Position numbers and translations under genes: made by a program. This document shows positions 38,881 through 47,655 of a stretch of 64,000 nucleotides of DNA, one piece after another; the stretch's first letter is position 1, and each line of letters begins with the position of its first letter. The notes below the pieces were generated by a model. The model was given only the letters and a program-made list of their open reading frames with translations. It was not told the DNA's origin and ran no database searches. The DNA is from Dehalococcoidia bacterium (lineage in GTDB: Bacteria > Chloroflexota > Dehalococcoidia > GIF9 > UBA5629): the NCBI GenBank assembly GCA_034432055.1, contig DAOUCT010000023.1, positions 74,126 through 138,125 of the forward strand, written 5' to 3'.

Positions 38881-41115
38881 TTGCTGCTGGGAGAAGCAGC
38901 ACATAGCATTTGTAAGCTGTGGGTTGAGCATTTGGGGCGTATTTATCTAGGACTGGTTATACATAATCATCAGCCTGTTGGTAATTTCCCCTGGGTATTC
39001 GAGCAGGCTTATCAGCAGACCTATTTGCCGATGATAGAGGCTTTGGGAAGACACCCTACTATACGTTTGTCTCTTCATTATAGCGGTTGTCTCCTTGACT
39101 GGCTGGAAGAATCCCACCCGGAATTCTTGTCCTGTCTTGCCAGGCTGGTTGAGCGCCATCAAGTGGAACTTGTAGGGGGAGCGTATTATGAACCGATTTT
39201 GCCAGCGATTCCTGATGCTGACAAAATTGGGCAAATTGCTAAGATGGAAAGGTCTCTTAAACATAAGTTTGGTGTGACGCCTCGTGGTTTCTGGCTAGCA
39301 GAAAGGGTCTGGGAGCCCCATTTAGTCAAAGTGCTGGCTGATGCCGGGGTGGAGTGGGCTCTGTTGGATGATGGCGCTTTTAAGTCGCTGGGGTTAAAAG
39401 AGCGTGATTTGTTGGGCTATTATATTACAGAGGAGCAGGGGAAGCACATAAAGTTATTTCCTATAAGTAAGTTACTCCGATACTCCATTCCGTGGCGACC
39501 TGTAGAAGAGGTCATAGATTTCTTGAAGGCAGAAGCTTCAATCGGCGATGGCAAAATAGCTGTATTTGGCGACGATGGCGAGAAATTCGGTGTGTGGCCG
39601 GGAACGTATAAGCTTTGCTGGCAAGATGGCTGGGTCGAGGATTTCTTGTGCCAACTTGAAGTCAATCGCGAGTGGCTCTCCACCATACCTTTAAGTGAAT
39701 ATATAAGTAAATTCTCGCCACTGGGCAGAGTTTACTTACCCTGTGCCTCTTACGATGAGATGATGGAATGGTCGTTACCTGCTTATGATTCCTGGGAATA
39801 CGCTAACCTAAAACGCCAGATGGATACTGATGGGCAAGAAGATATAAAGAGATACATGTACTGTGGCTTCTGGCGCAATTTCCTGGTCAAGTATCCTGAG
39901 ATTAACCGAATGTACAGGAAGATGCTTTTTGTCCATCAAAAGGTGTATCAAGCTCGTGCCCTGAGTTCTGGCGATTGCGGTCTGGAAGAGTTGTGGAAAT
40001 CACAATGCAACTGCCCTTACTGGCATGGCATTTTTGGTGGTATTTACCTCGCGGATATAAGAGCTACCACTTATCAGCATCTAATACAGGCTGAGAATAA
40101 GGCTGACCGAATTATTCAGAGATGTCACCGCTGGTTGAACAAAGTACGGCGCCGAAGATGCAGATGGCTAAGATGGCGTCAAATTGACTTCGACGGCGAT
40201 GGTGCAGATGAGTTGCTGGTTGAGAGCGATGAGTTTTCTTTTTATGTGAGCCCGGCGGAGGGAGGCTCTATTTTTGAGTGGGATATCCGTTCTCACAATT
40301 TCAATATCCTAAGCACACTGGCGCGGAGACCAGAAGCTTATCACATTGCTTTAGCTAAAGCGGGTGACGATGAGCTGAGTGAACCGGAAACGAGCGTGCG
40401 CAGCATACATGACTCGGTAAGAATGAAGGACAAAGCTGTGATTAAGCACATTGTATATGACGAGTACCCCCGTTCCAGTATGCAAGACCACTTCTTTTCT
40501 CTCGGTGTCAGTATGGAAGAATTCGCTAACGGTCGCTTTGAGGAATTGGGTGATTTCATCAATCAGCAATATGATGCTGTGGCGACAACCAATGGCGACA
40601 AGATAAAACTTGAACTACGCAGGGATGGGAAGTTGCTGCTTGAAAACGAGGCTATAGCCTTTAATGTATGGAAGCAGATCTTGTACAAATATGGCGAAAA
40701 GACACTTCGGGTGTCCTATCAACTAAGGAATGCCGGTAGAGCGCCTGTTGGAGTTGTTTTTGGTAATGAATGGAATATTAACTTACTTGCTGGGGGACGT
40801 AATCGACAGGCTTATTACAAGGTTCCGGCAGTAGCTTTTAGCGATTGCCTTGATTCCTGGAATGAGCTGGAAGATATCCACAAAGTGGTGATGGGAAACA
40901 GTTATCTTGGCATAGAATTGGAACTGAAGGTATCACCAAGTGTGAGACTATGGCAGTTTCCTGTGGAGAGTATCTCCAATTCTGAAGGTGGTGTAGAAAA
41001 GCTGTACCAGGCAAGCTGTTTCGTTTTGTGTCTACCTTTATTTTTATCTCCCGGCGAGACTGCTAATCTGTGTATTGAATGGCACGTTCGTCCACCTAAT
41101 GCACCAGTTGAATAA
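38881..41115 (+). CDS. GH57-family 4-alpha-glucanotransferase / amylopullulanase-like enzyme
   Basis: 744 aa with VIHNHQPVGNF and the features of GH57 domains A and B, plus a C-terminal beta-sandwich. Confidence 0.6.
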   Translation: MLLGEAAHSICKLWVEHLGRIYLGLVIHNHQPVGNFPWVFEQAYQQTYLPMIEALGRHPTIRLSLHYSGCLLDWLEESHPEFLSCLARLVERHQVELVGGAYYEPILPAIPDADKIGQIAKMERSLKHKFGVTPRGFWLAERVWEPHLVKVLADAGVEWALLDDGAFKSLGLKERDLLGYYITEEQGKHIKLFPISKLLRYSIPWRPVEEVIDFLKAEASIGDGKIAVFGDDGEKFGVWPGTYKLCWQDGWVEDFLCQLEVNREWLSTIPLSEYISKFSPLGRVYLPCASYDEMMEWSLPAYDSWEYANLKRQMDTDGQEDIKRYMYCGFWRNFLVKYPEINRMYRKMLFVHQKVYQARALSSGDCGLEELWKSQCNCPYWHGIFGGIYLADIRATTYQHLIQAENKADRIIQRCHRWLNKVRRRRCRWLRWRQIDFDGDGADELLVESDEFSFYVSPAEGGSIFEWDIRSHNFNILSTLARRPEAYHIALAKAGDDELSEPETSVRSIHDSVRMKDKAVIKHIVYDEYPRSSMQDHFFSLGVSMEEFANGRFEELGDFINQQYDAVATTNGDKIKLELRRDGKLLLENEAIAFNVWKQILYKYGEKTLRVSYQLRNAGRAPVGVVFGNEWNINLLAGGRNRQAYYKVPAVAFSDCLDSWNELEDIHKVVMGNSYLGIELELKVSPSVRLWQFPVESISNSEGGVEKLYQASCFVLCLPLFLSPGETANLCIEWHVRPPNAPVE

Positions 41116-41142
41116 GCAGTATTTCTTTCGTCGGTAGCCCAG

Positions 41143-42210
41143 TCATTTGCGCAGTGTCTTGTTACGCCTTTTGAGCGCTTTAAACAGGGCATCCACTACT
41201 AGGGGGTCAAATTGTTTCCCCTTTTCGTTTTCAAACTCAGCTTTGATGGTTTGCAGTGAAAGTGCCTGGCGATGTGGGTGCTCTGAATGCATTGCAGCAC
41301 GAGTGTCAGCAGCGCTCGAGACCATGGCATCTTGTGAAAGCTTAGTCGCATAGGCTTCAGCTGTAGCCAGGACCATGGCTTCTTTCGAGAGTTGTGCTGC
41401 TGATAGCCCTTCGGGGTAGCCAGTGCCATCATATCTTTCATGGTGGTGTACGATTGTGTCTAGTATCTCGTCATCTTTAATAATGGGCTGCAGGATCTGT
41501 TTCCCTAGCGTGCAATGCGATTTCATATGCTCGTATTCTTCGGCTGTAAGGTTGTTTCGCTTGTTCAGGACGGACTCACTGACGCCTATTTGACCAATAT
41601 CGTGGAGAAGGGCAGCTAGCCGAATTTTTTCAATCTTTTCTTCCGGCATGCCCAACTCTTTGGCGGTAGCAACGGCTATCTCTGCTACCAGTTCTGAGTG
41701 CCCCTTAGAATAGGCATCCTTGGCTTCTAGTGCTTGGACTAGGGCGTGGATAGCACCAATAAAGGATTGTTGTATTTTATCGGTTTGTTCTTTGATTTTC
41801 TTTTCGAGATGAGAGCGGTATTCTTTATTTTCCAGGATGAGCCTTCTTCTTCCTAGCGCTCTTTCAATGCTGAGCGAAAGCATGTTGAAATCTATCGGTT
41901 TAATCAGGTAATCATAAGCGCCGTTTCTCATTGATTCGATACCCATGTCGATATCGGCTATGGCGGTTACCATTATGGTAGCAGTATCCGGGTATTTGAC
42001 CTGCAATTCCCTTAATATTTCTATGCCAGATTTGCCGGGCATCTTGATATCCAGAAGAACGAGATCGAACTGCTCAGCATCTATTTTGCTTAAGGCATCG
42101 TTACCATCGCAGGCTGTAGCGCATTCATAATCTTGACTAATTAAATACCTAGAGATGATTTCCCTCACTTGCAATTCATCGTCCACGACCAGAATTTTCG
42201 CCTTTTTCAT
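41143..42210 (-). CDS. Response regulator with REC and HD-GYP domains (putative c-di-GMP phosphodiesterase)
   Basis: 355 aa. The REC domain has VDDE...LLDIKMPGKSG and the HD-GYP domain has HHERYDGTGYPEGL. No histidine kinase gene is adjacent. Confidence 0.75.
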   Translation of the reverse strand: MKKAKILVVDDELQVREIISRYLISQDYECATACDGNDALSKIDAEQFDLVLLDIKMPGKSGIEILRELQVKYPDTATIMVTAIADIDMGIESMRNGAYDYLIKPIDFNMLSLSIERALGRRRLILENKEYRSHLEKKIKEQTDKIQQSFIGAIHALVQALEAKDAYSKGHSELVAEIAVATAKELGMPEEKIEKIRLAALLHDIGQIGVSESVLNKRNNLTAEEYEHMKSHCTLGKQILQPIIKDDEILDTIVHHHERYDGTGYPEGLSAAQLSKEAMVLATAEAYATKLSQDAMVSSAADTRAAMHSEHPHRQALSLQTIKAEFENEKGKQFDPLVVDALFKALKRRNKTLRK

Positions 42211-42349
42211 GTCCTGCCCCTATTTGTATTCTACTTCTTTATGCAAAAGTACAGGCTTGCAGTAGCGGAGTTGTCTAATCCTGTAGAATTTTATAGTATT
42301 GGTGTCTTTTGGGCAATCCCCCCTGACGGTCGGTTGCGATGGCTGTATT

Positions 42350-43468
42350 CTAAGTACCGAGTTCGCTGCGAATACTGATGAAAGCGAGAAGGCTGTCTCG
42401 GGCAATCATTCCAAGAAGGTTACCGTTTCTGATGACTGGAAGCTGGTTGATGTTATATTCAGTCAATATTCGCAGTACTGTAGCCAGGTCGTCGTGGGGT
42501 CCAACTGATTTCAGTTTGTGGACAGGGGTCATGATATCGGCAACAGTTTTAAGGGACCACTGGTCTTTAGGTGTGGATTTTATATCGTGGATTGTGACCA
42601 ACCCCACCATTTTATCGTTTTCTACCACTGGGAAGCACCGTCGTCCTGAGGTGAGTATTTGCTCATGTACCAATCTCTGGACGTCGAGTTCTGGTGGAAC
42701 AGCGGAGCATTCCTGGGTCATGATTTCGCTAACAGTGTGTCCTTTGAGCATGTCGAGGAGTGCTGTCTGGCGGTAACTTGTGGTAGCGGCATTTTCAAGG
42801 AACCACCCTATGAAAGCTAGCCACAACCCATTTATCCAGCTACCGTAAAATATCAGTCCTATGCCGATAAGAATGAACAAATAGCCCACACCACGCCCGA
42901 TATTGGAGGCGATTTTTGTGGCATTAAGTAAAGTTCCAGTACGCCACCATATTAGTGAACGGAGGACTCGTCCTCCGTCAAGGGGGAAGCCGGGTATGAG
43001 GTTGAAAGCGGCAAGAACGAGATTAATCCAGCCAAGCCAGAAGGAGACTGCTTTAACGAAGTCAGGAACACCTTTGAGATAAAACCAGATAGCTAGAAAT
43101 ATGCCACCGATGACCAGGCTTGTGAGCGGTCCGGCAAGCGCCATCCGGAATTCAACTTTAGGTTGTCTGGGCTCTTCAGTCATCTGCGAGATGCCACCAA
43201 AGATGAACAGTGTAATCGAATGTATCCTGATACCTGCTGCCTGTGCTACTAAACTGTGTGCTAGCTCATGGGCGAGGACCGAGCCGAAGAAGAGTAAGCT
43301 TGTTACCAGCCCGGCGATTACCGAGGTCATAATATTCCAATCAGGGTATGCCTGGGGGAAGTAGCCGACCGTTAGCGCCCAGGTAACGAGGGCGAAAACT
43401 ATGAACCAGGTGTAGTGCAATCTTAAAGGAATGCCAAATGCCTTACCAAGGGATATGCCGTTTGCCAT
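42350..43468 (-). CDS. M50-family (site-2-protease-like) membrane zinc metalloprotease with tandem CBS domains
   Basis: 372 aa. The HELAHSLVA HEXXH motif sits in a transmembrane helix. Multiple transmembrane segments are followed by a C-terminal CBS pair. Confidence 0.7.
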   Translation of the reverse strand: MANGISLGKAFGIPLRLHYTWFIVFALVTWALTVGYFPQAYPDWNIMTSVIAGLVTSLLFFGSVLAHELAHSLVAQAAGIRIHSITLFIFGGISQMTEEPRQPKVEFRMALAGPLTSLVIGGIFLAIWFYLKGVPDFVKAVSFWLGWINLVLAAFNLIPGFPLDGGRVLRSLIWWRTGTLLNATKIASNIGRGVGYLFILIGIGLIFYGSWINGLWLAFIGWFLENAATTSYRQTALLDMLKGHTVSEIMTQECSAVPPELDVQRLVHEQILTSGRRCFPVVENDKMVGLVTIHDIKSTPKDQWSLKTVADIMTPVHKLKSVGPHDDLATVLRILTEYNINQLPVIRNGNLLGMIARDSLLAFISIRSELGT

Positions 43469-43684
43469 AATTTATCCTCTATTGTGTCTGCTGCTACGCC
43501 TTTAAGTTTAGGGGTTTTCAAGCGTGTTTTCAAGTGAGCATGGCGCATTTTTCCATCGAGCTGAATGTATGTTGTAGAGGTAGCCTTGCCTTGAAGATGA
43601 ATTTAGCTTGATGTCACACTATCTAATTGATTTCTGCGCTGAATCAACGAAAGGTATTCAAGCTGATATTGCAAGATGTGATGG

Positions 43685-44116
43685 TTATCCCAGCCGTTTT
43701 ACGAAGACGAGCTTATCATCGCCAGGGGCATAAAAATCAGGAATCTGGCATATCAATTGGTAGCCTTGAGAGGCGTAGAGACGTTTTGCTCTGCCATATT
43801 CAGGTCTGGAAGATGTTTCAATGACGATTATCTTTCCTCTAGCCTTCTTGATTTCTTCTTCAGCGGAATTCAGCAAGGTTTTGCCGATGCCTTTTTGCTG
43901 AAAGTCAGGCGATATTACAAGCCAGTAGATATCCCAGGTTGCTTCGGTTAGTGGTGCGTGTCCAAAGCAGATGTAGCCTGCGATTGAAGAACCAACTTCT
44001 GCGACTATCACATTATAGCCTGAGCGTGTTCCGTTACGCAGATACTCATCTAGGACCTCTTCCGCTACAACTATCTCACCGGGATTAAACTCTGGAGTAT
44101 TGCGCAGTATCTGCAT
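43685..44116 (-). CDS. GNAT-family N-acetyltransferase
   Basis: It has the acetyl-CoA-binding motif QQKGIGKTLL. The start codon is uncertain (candidates at 44116, 44143 and 44179), and all of them overlap the upstream ATP-grasp gene. Confidence 0.6.
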   Translation of the reverse strand: MQILRNTPEFNPGEIVVAEEVLDEYLRNGTRSGYNVIVAEVGSSIAGYICFGHAPLTEATWDIYWLVISPDFQQKGIGKTLLNSAEEEIKKARGKIIVIETSSRPEYGRAKRLYASQGYQLICQIPDFYAPGDDKLVFVKRLG

Positions 44117-45164
44117 TATCGCTGGCTTGTCCCTCTGTTTCATAGGTCTGTTTGTTGGTTTGGCTGTCATGATTATCAAGGGCTAACTGGACTAGTTTTT
44201 GAATGAATTGCTCATATTCTATTCCTGCAGTTCTGGCTTGCAGCGCGGCACCCGAGTCAGGTGATATGTCTGGATTTGGGTTTAGTTCTAGGACTTTAAG
44301 GTTGCCTTTTGAGTCCAGGCGAAGGTCAATCCTGGCGTAGCCTCGATTGCCTAGGATCTCAAAAGCTGCGAGGGAAGTTGCGATTATGTTTTGTTGGAGC
44401 TTGTAATCTATGTTGGCTGGGCAATGTGCAGTGGTGTGTCTAAAATATAGGCTGTTCGGATCCCATTTGGCTGCGAAGGTAAGGATGGCAGGCTTTGTCT
44501 CTGGCAAGGAATATACTATTTCTGAGACGGGCAATGTTGTTGGTGGGTTTGTCCCCAGAACCATCACGTTAAACTCCCGTCCATCTAGCAGTTCCTCTAT
44601 CAGTACCTTGCCTCTGAAACGCTCGCTTGTCACCTTGACCTGCTTTTCCAGCGAAATGAGGTCATAGACAACGCTCTCTTCACAAATACCTGCACTTCCG
44701 TCCTCTGAACATGGTTTCACAATACAGGGGAAGTCTATTGCAAAGAGGTGCAGGGTATCGGGGGTCAGCACCTGGTAATTTGGTGTGTCAATACCTGCTA
44801 ATTGGAGATGTGCTTTCATTGCTGCTTTATCTAGAGCTAGGGATAGTGCTGTACTGTGACACCCGGTATACGGGATGTCTAGACATGATAGAAAGTCAGC
44901 TACGATAGCTTCAGCTTCTGGCTGGGAATCAAAGCCCTCGAAGAGGTTAAAAATTATGTCGGCTTTTATCGACCTAAGTCGTCTTAACGCTGATTGGAGT
45001 GGTGGTCTAAGGGGCAAACATGTTACTTGGTACCCAATTTTCTCGAGTGTTTGGCGCACAGCACGAGTGTCGGAAAAGATGCGAAGGGCAGCATTTTTTT
45101 CCACCTGAGTATGGCAGCGGCTCAGGTCTGGCGTGTTGTAGATTATGGTTATTTCACCACGCAT
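44085..45164 (-). CDS. ATP-grasp carboxylate-amine ligase of the D-Ala-D-Ala-ligase-like family
   Basis: 359 aa. It has an ATP-grasp core with a C-terminal LELNPNPD motif (compare E-x-N-T-x-P-G in Ddl). It overlaps the preceding gene by 16 nt. Confidence 0.6.
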   Translation of the reverse strand: MRGEITIIYNTPDLSRCHTQVEKNAALRIFSDTRAVRQTLEKIGYQVTCLPLRPPLQSALRRLRSIKADIIFNLFEGFDSQPEAEAIVADFLSCLDIPYTGCHSTALSLALDKAAMKAHLQLAGIDTPNYQVLTPDTLHLFAIDFPCIVKPCSEDGSAGICEESVVYDLISLEKQVKVTSERFRGKVLIEELLDGREFNVMVLGTNPPTTLPVSEIVYSLPETKPAILTFAAKWDPNSLYFRHTTAHCPANIDYKLQQNIIATSLAAFEILGNRGYARIDLRLDSKGNLKVLELNPNPDISPDSGAALQARTAGIEYEQFIQKLVQLALDNHDSQTNKQTYETEGQASDNADTAQYSRV

Positions 45165-46165
45165 TGAGGATACCTTTTCAATGCTGAGTTCAGGATTTCC
45201 AGAATTAGCTTCTGGTATGTCCAGCCTGACTTGATTGCCATGATGGGTAGATCACTACTTTTGGGGTTTAGTCCGGGCAGCGGGTTTATTTCTAGGAAAT
45301 ATGGGTTTCCCTCACGGTCGAGGCGGAAGTCAAGCCTGGCGAAGTCGCGGCAGCCAAGGAGTTTGAACACCTTGAGGCTGGTAGATGTGATGTGTTGTGC
45401 AATTTCTGGTGCCAGATTGGCTGGGCACTCATATTGTAGTAAGCGTTCCCAGTTTCGTTTCATTTCAAGGGAATACACGAAGTGATGACTGCCGTTTTTT
45501 GGGGCTATGCGCATGATACCCAAGACCTCGGCTGGTGAATTACCCACTATACCTACGGTGATGTCTTCACCAGCGATGAACTCTTCTACCACTGCGGGCT
45601 GTTGGTAATGTTCGAGGAGAAAAGCCGCCATTTCTGCTAGTTGTCTTGCTGTCTTAGCCACAGAGTTGGTACGGATACCTTTACTTGAACCTTCATAAGC
45701 TGGTTTAACAAAGACTGGAAAAGGAAAATCTGTCCAGTCTATATTGGTCAGTTGTGTAGTATCGGTGACCAGTGTCCATCTGGGGGTGTAAATTCCCGCC
45801 GTAGCTACCAGTTTTTTTGTCAACGGCTTGTCTAGGCATATCGATAGACATTGTGGGTCTGAACCTGAATAAGGAATGCTAAGCATTTCGAGGACAGATG
45901 GCACCTGTGCCTCTCTGCTTTTGTAGTTCCCTATCCCTTCAGCTATATTAAACACGAAGTCTACGTTGTGACGGAGAATATTATTCAGGAAATCCTTGCC
46001 GCCGCCCAGTTTAATGACCGAATGACCACTGCTTTCGATAGTTGCAACAATAGCATCTATGGTCTGAGGAGAGTCGTATTCTTCCAAGGCATCATCAAGA
46101 TAGGAAGACGAGTACAATGCCCTTTCAACATCTTCTTTAAGATCGTAAGTCAATCCTACTCTCAT
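45149..46165 (-). CDS. ATP-grasp carboxylate-amine ligase of the D-Ala-D-Ala-ligase-like family (tandem paralog)
   Basis: 338 aa with a C-terminal YFLEINPLPGL motif. Its N-terminal region is non-canonical for a true Ddl. Confidence 0.6.
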   Translation of the reverse strand: MRVGLTYDLKEDVERALYSSSYLDDALEEYDSPQTIDAIVATIESSGHSVIKLGGGKDFLNNILRHNVDFVFNIAEGIGNYKSREAQVPSVLEMLSIPYSGSDPQCLSICLDKPLTKKLVATAGIYTPRWTLVTDTTQLTNIDWTDFPFPVFVKPAYEGSSKGIRTNSVAKTARQLAEMAAFLLEHYQQPAVVEEFIAGEDITVGIVGNSPAEVLGIMRIAPKNGSHHFVYSLEMKRNWERLLQYECPANLAPEIAQHITSTSLKVFKLLGCRDFARLDFRLDREGNPYFLEINPLPGLNPKSSDLPIMAIKSGWTYQKLILEILNSALKRYPQCVVK

Positions 46166-46179
46166 TTTTAAGGTCGGAG

Positions 46180-47496
46180 TCAGCGTTTCTCCTTATTGTT
46201 TTGAACTTGAGTGCCGGTCCGGTGGTATTCAAGGAAATTCGCCTCAGTGATTGGTCTAGGGCTTGCTTCAGGATTTCGGTACCAGAAGAAACGTCCTTGA
46301 TAGTTTCTAAGTATCAATTCGCCTTCTGTTTGTGTGAGCAAATAACTGGGTTGGAGGGGGACTTTGCCACCACCATCAGGCAGGTCGATAACAAAAGTGG
46401 GTATAGCTAGCCCAGAGGTATGTCCTCGCATTTTCTCTATTATCGCAAGTCCGGTCTCAACGGGTGTACGCAGATGCTCTACCCCTTTGACCTCATCGCA
46501 CTGGAAGAGATAATAGGGGCGCACCTTTATTTTGAGGAGATTATGGCAAAGCTTCATCTGTGTTTCCACAGTGTCATTTATGCCTTTAAGTAGCACTGAT
46601 TGGTTGCTTACTGGTACCCCGGCGCGTAGTAGCCTGTCACATGCAGTTGCAGATTCTGATGTTATTTCGTTAGGATGGTTGAATTGAGTGTTGAGCCATA
46701 TAGGACCGTATTTCGACAGCATGGTGCACAGTTCATCGTCTACGCGTTGGGGCAGTACCACAGGGAACCTAGTGCCAAGGCGGATTATTTCCACGTGTCC
46801 AATCTGTCTGAGTCCAGCAATCACATTTTCAAGACGTGGTGTGGAAAGCGACAAGGGGTCACCGCCGGATATTATGACATCCCTGATTTCCCTGTGTTTT
46901 CGGATGTATTCCAGCATGGTTTTGATTTCGGCTGGTGTGCGTATCCAATTGCCGTCGTGCCATTCCCGTTTACGTGTGCAATGGCGGCAGAGAACAGGGC
47001 ATATATTGGTAAGTACCATGAGCACTCTATCCGGGTAGCGGTGAACCAGCCCTGGAGCAACAGAGTCTCGTATTTCTGCGAGGGGGTCTTCGAATCCCCT
47101 ATCGGATAGGGCTATTTCCTGAAATGATGGTATTGCCTGTTTTCTTATCGGGTCATCGGGATCACTAACATTGATGAGGGATAGGTAATGGGGGGTTATT
47201 GAAAAGGGATATCTGGAACTAACTAACTTGAGCTGAGTTTGTTCGTCCTTTGATAGCGGTATCAGGTTTGCCAGTTCTGTAACACTGGTGATTCTATGCC
47301 GGAATTGCCATTTCCAATCAGACCAATCTTTCTCAGAGACATTGCCAAAAAGTTTGTTTCTTGTGCTATCATGTGGGGCTCTAACTCCTGAACTTGGAGG
47401 TTCTTCATCCTCTACCACTACCTCATTGCTAGTAGTGGTGGTAAAGCCAGGAGGCTCCTCTTGCTCGTCTTTTACACCAATTGTGTGTCTTGCCAC
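46180..47496 (-). CDS. kamA: Radical-SAM lysine 2,3-aminomutase family protein
   Basis: 438 aa with the CxxxCxxC cluster CPVLCRHCTRKREW. The KamA-like N-terminus DWSDWKWQFRHRITSVTEL is preceded by a ~45-aa acidic extension. Confidence 0.7.
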   Translation of the reverse strand: MARHTIGVKDEQEEPPGFTTTTSNEVVVEDEEPPSSGVRAPHDSTRNKLFGNVSEKDWSDWKWQFRHRITSVTELANLIPLSKDEQTQLKLVSSRYPFSITPHYLSLINVSDPDDPIRKQAIPSFQEIALSDRGFEDPLAEIRDSVAPGLVHRYPDRVLMVLTNICPVLCRHCTRKREWHDGNWIRTPAEIKTMLEYIRKHREIRDVIISGGDPLSLSTPRLENVIAGLRQIGHVEIIRLGTRFPVVLPQRVDDELCTMLSKYGPIWLNTQFNHPNEITSESATACDRLLRAGVPVSNQSVLLKGINDTVETQMKLCHNLLKIKVRPYYLFQCDEVKGVEHLRTPVETGLAIIEKMRGHTSGLAIPTFVIDLPDGGGKVPLQPSYLLTQTEGELILRNYQGRFFWYRNPEASPRPITEANFLEYHRTGTQVQNNKEKR

Positions 47497-47655
47497 TTGT
47501 TCCTCTCCTTTCTAAATTCGCATGACTATATTTAGTGCTTTTGATGATACCGTAACACAATTTTTCCCTGCTGTCAATGCCTATGAATGTTGACAAAGAT
47601 TATATTAGGGGTTATTTTATGATAAAAAAAATTGTTGGTTAAGGAGCGCCTAACA

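Noticed and set aside
43469-43684. Short direct repeat gttttcaag(c/t)g occurring twice in the intergenic region; checked as a possible CRISPR or regulatory repeat
   Set aside because: It has only two copies of 9-10 nt with no spacer periodicity. No CRISPR array or cas genes are present anywhere in the window.
44085-46165. Calling the two ATP-grasp genes simply ddl (peptidoglycan D-Ala-D-Ala ligase)
   Set aside because: Several things argue for a different substrate. They are a tandem pair, are operonic with an aminomutase and a GNAT, have a non-canonical N-terminus, and have no mur, ftsW or pbp genes nearby. They are kept as Ddl-like ATP-grasp ligases of unknown specificity.
46675-47109. 144-aa and 116-aa plus-strand ORFs inside the kamA-like gene
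   Set aside because: They are antisense shadows of a high-confidence radical SAM gene.
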